Assembly: GCA_046760785.1 (NCBI GenBank)
Contig: JBHIET010000008.1
Span: forward strand, 414-64,413
Origin: Anaerolineae bacterium
GTDB lineage: Bacteria > Chloroflexota > Anaerolineae > B4-G1
Reading direction: 5' to 3'
DNA: 64,000 nucleotides
A program made the translations under genes and the position numbers. The notes beneath the pieces were generated by a model that did not search any database, was not told where the DNA came from, and saw nothing but the letters and a program-made list of their open reading frames with translations. Every line of letters begins with the position of its first letter. The first letter of the stretch is position 1. Positions 28,271 to 34,905 of this stretch are shown one piece after another.

Positions 28271-31200
28271 CTACACTTGTGAACGACCCTCCACCACTGC
28301 AATCTCCTCCTCCGTCAACCCATACAACTGGTACACGATCTGGTCAATGAGCCGGTCGGTGGCCTCTATGCGGGCCAGCAGTGGGCGCAGCGTCTCCATC
28401 GAGGTCTCCCAGGCGGTGCGAATCCTGGCGGCGGGTTCGTTCTTGTAGGTGTCCACGTCCAGGGCCACGTTGGGCAGCTTGCGCTGGTTGCGCTTGAGGA
28501 TGCGCTCCATCTCGGTCCAGTCGTGCTCGTAGTAGTTGCGCAGGTTGGTCTTGAGCGCCCAGTCGTCAATGGGCCGACCGGTGTAGCCGGCGAGCCAATC
28601 GAGGAAGGAGCGCACCTCGACTTGCTTGGCCTTGTGCATCTCGATCATGCGCTCGGCCAGGTGGGCCAGGATGTCGTGGACGACGTCGGATTGCTCAGGC
28701 TCCGCCGAGAGGCGGGCCTGTACCCAGCGCCCGAACTCTGAATCACGAAAAGCGCGAGAGTCCGCGAAAGGCACGAAACCTCCTTTCGCGTTTCGCGTGT
28801 TTCGCTCCATTTCGCGGGCTTCGTGGTCCAACCCCTCCTCCACCAGTCGCTCTCGCTCCTCCGGCGGGGTGGTGAATGCGATGCGGCGGATGGGCAGATT
28901 CCGAGTCTCGGCCAATACGATCTTTGGGAAATCATCTCTGAGTGCTATGGCGGAACCACGGATGTGATAATGTGATAGAATTCGCGAGTTCACGATGGCT
29001 AAAAGGTAGCCTAATGAGTAGCTGCCATCTTTGACGAGAAGGCTTTGATGGGACTTATTTGTTACAAAATCCTCGTTAACCATCACTGCTTGTAGTCGAA
29101 ACTGTCTACTGATCAGTTCGCGGAGAATGATACGCGGTCCTCGGAAGTACCTCGGCGGTTTGTATTCGGCTATTGATTCGTCATACCTCACGAATCTATT
29201 GCCAGAAATCTCGTAGTAGTATCGACGCAGTTCCCCATCCAGAGCCAACTTGTAGGTTTCCTCAAGTCTCTGTTCTTCCAGGTGGAAGGGAGTGATGCCC
29301 CGTTGAACATCTGCTATTTCCCCCAGCGGCATCGAGCAGGCAACAGTTTTCTGAGCGACCTTCAGATCCTCCTTACCGAGGAAAGACAGAAAGGCTAGTT
29401 CACCGTTTGGATCAAGGTCGCCCGAGAACCAGCTTGCATAATCTACTCTGTATGATCTCGAATCATCGTCATTGATTTGGCTCAGATACTCGCGGCGATT
29501 AAATGTCAGAATCTTTACGGTCCCGCTGATAATCTCAGGAGCGTCGTCCAAGGCATTTTTTCTTTCGACAACTGCAATTGTGGAATCAACGTAGGCGTCA
29601 GGAAATACATCGTATGGTAAGTTCACTATTCTGCTCAAAGCAGACTTTCTTAATACTAGCTCTCGGAAAGGAACATATGATTTTCCTGTCTGCCAACCAC
29701 TGGGCACAATATAGCCTAAGCGCCCTTGCATTCTCAGAATAGCTATTCCTTGCTCAGTGAACGTTGCAAAGCTATCTAAGGTCGCCTGCGTTGAGTCAAA
29801 TGACAATCGCAGGTAGTTATGTTCGGGTCTTGATAGGCTAGCCCCCCATGGCGGATTCCCCACCACCGCATCAAACCCCGCCGCGTCGCCCTTGTGCCGA
29901 CCATACTCGTCGAAGAAGACCTCCGGGAACTCGATCTCCCAGTGGAAGAAGCGCTTCTCCTTCCAAATCTCGTGGGCACGCTCCAGCACCGCCTCCGCCT
30001 GGGCTGCCTGCAACAGCACCGGCTTGCCCTGGACGTACTGCACGCAGGCGTTGTACAACTCCGGCGTCAGCTCCAGCCCAAAATAGCTCGCCGTCCACAG
30101 GTCAGCGATAGCGCGCCACTTGCGCCGCTCCTGTTCCACGGTCTCCTCAAACAGCCGCTCCTTCTCCTTCACGCTGATGAGATCGGCTGTCTCATACTCC
30201 TGAATCTGGCGCATGGCCCCGACCACGCGGTACATGTCCTGGGTAAAGGCGCTTTCGTCCCACATGGCAAGCTGCGAGACCTCCGAGGTTTCGGAAACCT
30301 CGGAGGTCTTTCGCGCCTTTCGCGCCTTTCGCCCCTTTCGCCCCTTTCGCGCCTTTCGTGTCCCCTTTCTCACCGGCAACGCCTGCAGATCGGCCACCCG
30401 CGCCCCGATGAGCGAGTTCCCGCAGCGCAGGTGGTGGTCCAGGAACGAGAGCGGCTTCCCTTTGGCGACCGTCGTCAGCCACAGGCTGAGCTTGGCCAGC
30501 TCTACCGCCAGCGGGTTCAAGTCCACCCCGTAGATGCAGCGCTCGACCACCCGCCGCCGCCAGTAGCTCAGTTCGCTTTCCTCGTCGCCGTCGGCCAGCG
30601 GTTCGGTCACCACCCCGGCCTCGACGATGCGCCGCGCCAGGTAGTCGGTGGCCTCTACCAGGAAATGCCCGCTCCCCATGGCCGGATCGAGGGCGTTCAG
30701 AGCCAGGATGCGGTCGGCAAAGCTGTTCTGCAAGCGGGCCAATTCATCCTTGTATGCTTTTGTCCGCCGCGCCCTGCCTTTGTTCTTCTCCTTCAGTGCC
30801 GCGATCTCTTGCTCCACCGCCTCGGCCTGAGCGTCGGCCAGTGGCCCCAGCGTCTGCTCGACGATGTACTTGACGATGTAGTCAGGCGTGTAGTAGCTGC
30901 CCGTCGCCTTCCGCTCCCCCCGGTCGGTGACCAGGTACACCTGTCCTGCGGGGATGCGTTCCACCACCTTGTCCTTGCCCGCCTCCGCCGCGGGGATGAT
31001 CTCCTCGGTCTTCTTTCTCCCCCTCCTGACGACGACCATCTCTTCAGCAGCATAGGCCATCCGGTACTCCAGCAATCCCTCGTAGATACTGCCCAGGTGG
31101 CGGATCTGCAAATCGCGGTAGTCTACGAAGCTCAATCCCAGGCCCAAGCCCAAGCCCAAACTCCGGCCTTGCCCCCGTCCGGCCTCGGCGCGGGCCAGCA

Positions 31201-32392
31201 GGTCAATCGCCTGAGCCAGGTATCGGTCGCCGATGGTGCGTTCCTCCAGGAAGGGATACCGGTGGGGATCGAACAGACGGCCATCGTAGGCCGGAACGCC
31301 CAACGTCTCCTGTCCGCTGTAGATGATGTCGAACAGGGTGCGCAGGTCATCCCAGATAGTGGCCTTCTTCGCCAGGTAGACCACCCCCTCATCCAGCTTG
31401 TGGGCGATGTCCTCCTTGAGCGCCTTCAGGCTGTACTGCCCGGCGTAGCTGGGGTTATCGTCCACAGGCAGCAATCCCCGGCTCTCGGCGTAGAGCAGGA
31501 ACAGCAGGCGATACAGCAGGATGAGGCAGGCGTCGTGGATGTCGGTGAGATCGGTAGCAGGGTCGAGGGCCTGTTCGGGATCGTCAACCGGGTAGTCGAG
31601 GAAGCCCTGGGCCAGGAGTCGCAACGCCTTGTAGACTCGCTCCTTTAACTCGTCGCCGACCTGTACGGCGTAGGCTGTGCTCTCGGCCAGCACCTCGTCC
31701 AGCCAACAATGCCCCTCGGCGTCAGGACGGAAGGCAGCGGCGCGGAAAAAGAGATAGAAGTAGCGGAAGGCAGCGACGTCCCCCTGCTCGATCAATTGAA
31801 CCAGATCCACCTCGTAGAAGACGTCCAGGCGGAAGCTCGTGTCCTGGTGGTAGATCCGCCAGCGCCGCCCGTTGGAGACCACTCCCCAGGCACACCCTGT
31901 CCGTCGCAGGTAGTAGTCAATCTGGTAGCAGGGGTTGGCGTTGGTGAAGGCATCGGGTGCGCCATCCAATAAGCGCTTGTCGAGGGGGCGATCCCAGCGC
32001 TTGGCGTCGCCCACAGCCAGGACTGTCTCCCAGAAGGCGGGGGTCCCCCACGCGGGGGCAGCAGCCTGCTTGGCCGGCTCGTCGGAGAAGAAAGCATAAT
32101 CAGGCGTGCCCAATGCACCGGTCAGAGGGGGCTGAACGTGATAGACGTGCCCCAGGACGCTGAGGGTCGGACGAATCCACTCCTGCTCCAGGGCGGCCTC
32201 GCTGTAGTGGGGTAGCGCGTCTTCCAACTGTGAGTACAACTCGACGATGGCGTCCAAGGCTTGCTTGGCCTCTGCTTCAGACTCACGCCATATAGCTTGG
32301 TCGGGCAGCACCTGGTTGAGGAAATGGTCAGAGAACAGGTAATGGTTGCGGTGGGTTTCCAAAGGAAGGGCAAGTTGGCGAGTCTTGGACAT
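28271..32392 (-). CDS. Single-chain type IIG/IIL restriction endonuclease - N6-adenine DNA methyltransferase (Eco57I/BpuSI/MmeI-like architecture)
   Basis: N-terminal PD-(D/E)xK-like motif (PDYAFF...VGDAKRW); SAM motif LDPAMGSGHFL; HLRCGNSLIG; catalytic VVGNPPWGAS. A TaqI_C-like specificity region (LLAIVNSRILSHY) and the tail YQLYGLTEEEIAVVE are also present. Confidence 0.85.
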   Translation of the reverse strand: MSKTRQLALPLETHRNHYLFSDHFLNQVLPDQAIWRESEAEAKQALDAIVELYSQLEDALPHYSEAALEQEWIRPTLSVLGHVYHVQPPLTGALGTPDYAFFSDEPAKQAAAPAWGTPAFWETVLAVGDAKRWDRPLDKRLLDGAPDAFTNANPCYQIDYYLRRTGCAWGVVSNGRRWRIYHQDTSFRLDVFYEVDLVQLIEQGDVAAFRYFYLFFRAAAFRPDAEGHCWLDEVLAESTAYAVQVGDELKERVYKALRLLAQGFLDYPVDDPEQALDPATDLTDIHDACLILLYRLLFLLYAESRGLLPVDDNPSYAGQYSLKALKEDIAHKLDEGVVYLAKKATIWDDLRTLFDIIYSGQETLGVPAYDGRLFDPHRYPFLEERTIGDRYLAQAIDLLARAEAGRGQGRSLGLGLGLGLSFVDYRDLQIRHLGSIYEGLLEYRMAYAAEEMVVVRRGRKKTEEIIPAAEAGKDKVVERIPAGQVYLVTDRGERKATGSYYTPDYIVKYIVEQTLGPLADAQAEAVEQEIAALKEKNKGRARRTKAYKDELARLQNSFADRILALNALDPAMGSGHFLVEATDYLARRIVEAGVVTEPLADGDEESELSYWRRRVVERCIYGVDLNPLAVELAKLSLWLTTVAKGKPLSFLDHHLRCGNSLIGARVADLQALPVRKGTRKARKGRKGRKARKARKTSEVSETSEVSQLAMWDESAFTQDMYRVVGAMRQIQEYETADLISVKEKERLFEETVEQERRKWRAIADLWTASYFGLELTPELYNACVQYVQGKPVLLQAAQAEAVLERAHEIWKEKRFFHWEIEFPEVFFDEYGRHKGDAAGFDAVVGNPPWGASLSRPEHNYLRLSFDSTQATLDSFATFTEQGIAILRMQGRLGYIVPSGWQTGKSYVPFRELVLRKSALSRIVNLPYDVFPDAYVDSTIAVVERKNALDDAPEIISGTVKILTFNRREYLSQINDDDSRSYRVDYASWFSGDLDPNGELAFLSFLGKEDLKVAQKTVACSMPLGEIADVQRGITPFHLEEQRLEETYKLALDGELRRYYYEISGNRFVRYDESIAEYKPPRYFRGPRIILRELISRQFRLQAVMVNEDFVTNKSHQSLLVKDGSYSLGYLLAIVNSRILSHYHIRGSAIALRDDFPKIVLAETRNLPIRRIAFTTPPEERERLVEEGLDHEAREMERNTRNAKGGFVPFADSRAFRDSEFGRWVQARLSAEPEQSDVVHDILAHLAERMIEMHKAKQVEVRSFLDWLAGYTGRPIDDWALKTNLRNYYEHDWTEMERILKRNQRKLPNVALDVDTYKNEPAARIRTAWETSMETLRPLLARIEATDRLIDQIVYQLYGLTEEEIAVVEGRSQV

Positions 32393-32698
32393 ACTATTCC
32401 TATTCCTTCAACGCGACCTTGCGCCACTTGGCAACGGGGAGGGTAAGTCGGATTGGCAATCCGACCCACATTCCCCTGAATTATTGACTGGACATTGGCG
32501 TTTTTGGTTCGTAGTAACGGCTTTAGCCGTCCTGACGGCTCCAAAGCGGCTGAAGCCGCCACTACAAGCCCAACATCTTGGTTTTTGTGGTCTACAATCC
32601 CCAGATGTGGGCATTCCAAAAATTTGCCAGACTCCAGTTATTGAGCCAGTTATTGAGAACGTACTTCGTCGTCATCCGTTGATGTCCTGGCATCCGTG

Positions 32699-33598
32699 TT
32701 ACGAAGCCGGCACGATCACCTGCAGCCGGCCTGGCAGGATCGTGTATTCGACACGAGTTGCAGACAATTCAAACAGTTCACCATCCGCCTGGATGGGTGT
32801 GGGCGGGTCGCACTCGATGGTCAGACGGGTCGTGCGGGCGTAGGTGACCTCTGGTCGCTCGACATGGCTGCCGTCGAACGTGGTCGGCAGCAACCGCAGC
32901 AACTTGAGCCGTCCCAGTTTGCCGGCGAACACGAAGTCGAGGTAGCCATCGTCCGGCTCGGCGCGGGGCGTCATCCAGAACGCCCCCCCGGTGCGGCGGG
33001 TGTTGCCCACGGAGACCAGCGCGATGGGCCCCTCGTACTCTCCATCGTCCCAGGTGAGCCGCATGTGCCAGGGCTTGTGACCGAGGATCGCCTTGAGCGC
33101 GGCCAGGATGTAGCGTGGTACGCCTTTGATCCGCTTCATCGCCACCTGCGCGATGGTCACCATCGGTTCCAATCCGACCGCCGAGTTGTTGTCAAAGAAA
33201 CGACCGTTGACGCACCCCACGTCAACGATGCGCGTGTGTCCCGTCAGGATGACGCGGCAGGCCGCTTCAACCCCCTTTTTCAGGCCGAGCATTTCGGCGA
33301 AATCGTCGGCTGAACCGAGCGGGATGATGCCCAGCGGGCCAGCCACCATGCTGCCTGTGGTCCGCATCAGGCCGTTGACCACTTCGCTGACGCTTCCGTC
33401 GCCGCCAGCGGAGACGATGGGGGAGAAGCCTGCCAGCGCTGCCTCCCGCGCCAATTCGATGCCGTGGTTTGGCCCCTCGGTGATCACCAGTTCATAGTCC
33501 AGACCGATCCTCCGGCACGCGCACTCGATGTCGGGGATGGCAGCTTTGGCCTTCCAGCGGCCTGCGTATGGATTGACGATGATTTTGGCTGTGGTCAT
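32699..33598 (-). CDS. Diacylglycerol/lipid kinase family protein (YegS/BmrU type)
   Basis: ATG at 33598 follows GGGAGGG. Sequence features: KIIVNPYAGRWKA and GGDGSVSEVVNG. Confidence 0.8.
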   Translation of the reverse strand: MTTAKIIVNPYAGRWKAKAAIPDIECACRRIGLDYELVITEGPNHGIELAREAALAGFSPIVSAGGDGSVSEVVNGLMRTTGSMVAGPLGIIPLGSADDFAEMLGLKKGVEAACRVILTGHTRIVDVGCVNGRFFDNNSAVGLEPMVTIAQVAMKRIKGVPRYILAALKAILGHKPWHMRLTWDDGEYEGPIALVSVGNTRRTGGAFWMTPRAEPDDGYLDFVFAGKLGRLKLLRLLPTTFDGSHVERPEVTYARTTRLTIECDPPTPIQADGELFELSATRVEYTILPGRLQVIVPAS

Positions 33599-33681
33599 TT
33601 CTTCTGCCCTCCCAGCGTCTATGATAGCGAAGATTATCTTTCTGCGCAAGTGCTGGCTGGTCGAGAGTGTCCATCAGTGGC

Positions 33682-33710
33682 TTGACGAAAGCGGTGGTTT
33701 GCGCTACAAT
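33682..33710 (+). promoter_or_regulatory. Sigma70-type promoter of rplY
   Basis: TTGACG, 17-nt spacer, TACAAT. Confidence 0.6.
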
Positions 33711-33802
33711 AGCGCGGCCTTGTGGGCGGGCTCAAGCCCTGCCCATTTGACTGAAACGGTAGTTCTACCGCCAGATAAGGGCGGATGTTGGGGAGGTGAT
33801 GG

Positions 33803-34483
33803 ATGGCTCAACGGACAGAGCAAGTTGAGTTGATGGCCAAAAAGCGCACGGTGCTGGGCAAACAGGTAAAACAACTGCGCCGGCAGGGATGGGTACCATG
33901 TGTGATGTATGGGCATAATTTTGACCCGGTGTCTTTGCAGTTGGAAGCGCGGAGGCTGAGGCAGGTGCTCTCGGAGGTCGGTGGTAGCCAACTCGTCAGC
34001 ATCAAGATCAAAGGAATTAAGCAGCCCGAGATGGCCCTCGTGCGTGACTTGCAGCGCGACCCCATCAAGGGTACACTGTTGCATGTGGACTTCTATCGCG
34101 TGATGATGACCGAGCGATTGACGGCTGAGGTGCCTCTGATGACTGTGGGGGAATCTCCGGTCGTGGAGCGGAATGAAGGAATCCTGCTGTACGGTATCTC
34201 CACTGTCGAGGTTGAATGCTTGCCTGGTGACCTGGTAGACGCGATCGAGGTGGACCTCTCGGACCTGGTGGAGGTTGATCAGGCGTTGCACGTGCGTGAT
34301 CTAGCTGTCCCTGCTGGCATAGAGGTTCTCACCAGCCCAGACGAGATGATCGTGCATGTGGTTCCGGTGAAGGAGGAGGAAGAGGAAGAAATCGAGGAGA
34401 TAGAGGTGCCCGGGGTCGAGGAGGTTGAGGTCATCGCGGAAGCCCGGGCAGAAGAGGCAACGGACAAAGATGAAGAGCGATGA
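33803..34483 (+). CDS. rplY: 50S ribosomal protein L25 / general stress protein Ctc, with acidic tail
   Basis: KRTVLGKQVKQLRRQGWVPCVMYG and LLHVDFYRV, with a C-terminal E-rich extension. Confidence 0.85.
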   Translation: MAQRTEQVELMAKKRTVLGKQVKQLRRQGWVPCVMYGHNFDPVSLQLEARRLRQVLSEVGGSQLVSIKIKGIKQPEMALVRDLQRDPIKGTLLHVDFYRVMMTERLTAEVPLMTVGESPVVERNEGILLYGISTVEVECLPGDLVDAIEVDLSDLVEVDQALHVRDLAVPAGIEVLTSPDEMIVHVVPVKEEEEEEIEEIEVPGVEEVEVIAEARAEEATDKDEER

Positions 34484-34505
34484 TCAGCGAAGCAAGAGGC
34501 GAGTC

Positions 34506-34540
34506 GAAGGCAGTGCATTAGCCTGCCTTCTCTTTTTATT
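34506..34540 (+). terminator. Intrinsic terminator after rplY
   Basis: GAAGGCAG-tgcattagc-CTGCCTTC followed by TCTTTTTATT. Confidence 0.7.
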
Positions 34541-34548
34541 CTTGGTTG

Positions 34549-34711
34549 GTTACTACTCAGGCTGCGCCGGTCGAGTAGGCGCGAAGCGCCGTATCGAGAC
34601 CAAGCGGCCTATGCTGAGCCGCTTGCTTGGTTTCGATATACTGCTCCCTCTGGTCGCAGCTACTCAACCAGCGCTCGCTCGCCCGATACTGCATCCAGCC
34701 TGAGCAGTAAC
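34549..34711. mobile_element. MITE-like element (163 bp) with 16-bp TIRs and 8-bp target-site duplication
   Basis: TIRs GTTACTACTCAGGCTG / CAGCCTGAGCAGTAAC match 15/16. The element is flanked by CTTGGTTG at 34541-48 and 34712-19, and its interior is strongly palindromic. Confidence 0.7.
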
Positions 34712-34740
34712 CTTGGTTGTATCCCCTCAACATAGAGAAA

Positions 34741-34900
34741 TGCATTGCGTTAAAAGTGACACGCCGATTTCCTGGAGCTCGCAGCCCTCATCCCCAAGGG
34801 CGTCGCAGGCGTGAGTCTCGCCCATACTGTGTGTGCTCGCTGCAAGCGACGCCTCCGAGACGGGGCTTGAGCAAGCACGTGCGACTTTTGCCCTAATGCG
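34741..34900. repeat. GC-rich structured repeat, mosaic family B copy
   Basis: Shares cagccctc, agggcgt, tctcgcc and gacgcc(t/c)ccgag..acgggg blocks with 46032..46209 and 53785..53936. The ends are GCATT..AAAAGT..CACG inverted. Boundaries are approximate. Confidence 0.4.
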
Positions 34901-34905
34901 GACAA

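Noticed and set aside
30309-30362. Tandem 9-nt repeats and the other tandem or interspersed repeats in the window, considered as possible CRISPR arrays.
   Set aside because: The units are 6-12 nt with no spacers of unique sequence. There is no repeat-spacer periodicity of 50-80 nt anywhere, and no cas genes.
29894-31648. Very long ORFs antisense to, or out of frame with, annotated genes. Examples: 29894..31648(+), 48466..50358(+), 41732..43255(-), 43616..44668(-), 44658..45689(-), 18327..19532(-), 19880..20878(-), 54855..56147(+).
   Set aside because: These are typical shadow ORFs of high-GC DNA. Their translations are Arg/Pro/Gly/Ala-rich with no recognisable motifs, and each overlaps a gene with strong family signatures on the other strand or frame.
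25187-32392. Calling the island a complete DISARM or BREX system.
   Set aside because: There is no DrmA/DrmB(DUF1998)/DrmC, PglZ, BrxC or BrxL-like ORF in or next to the locus. The methyltransferase also carries its own nuclease-like N-terminus. Only a partial resemblance can be claimed.
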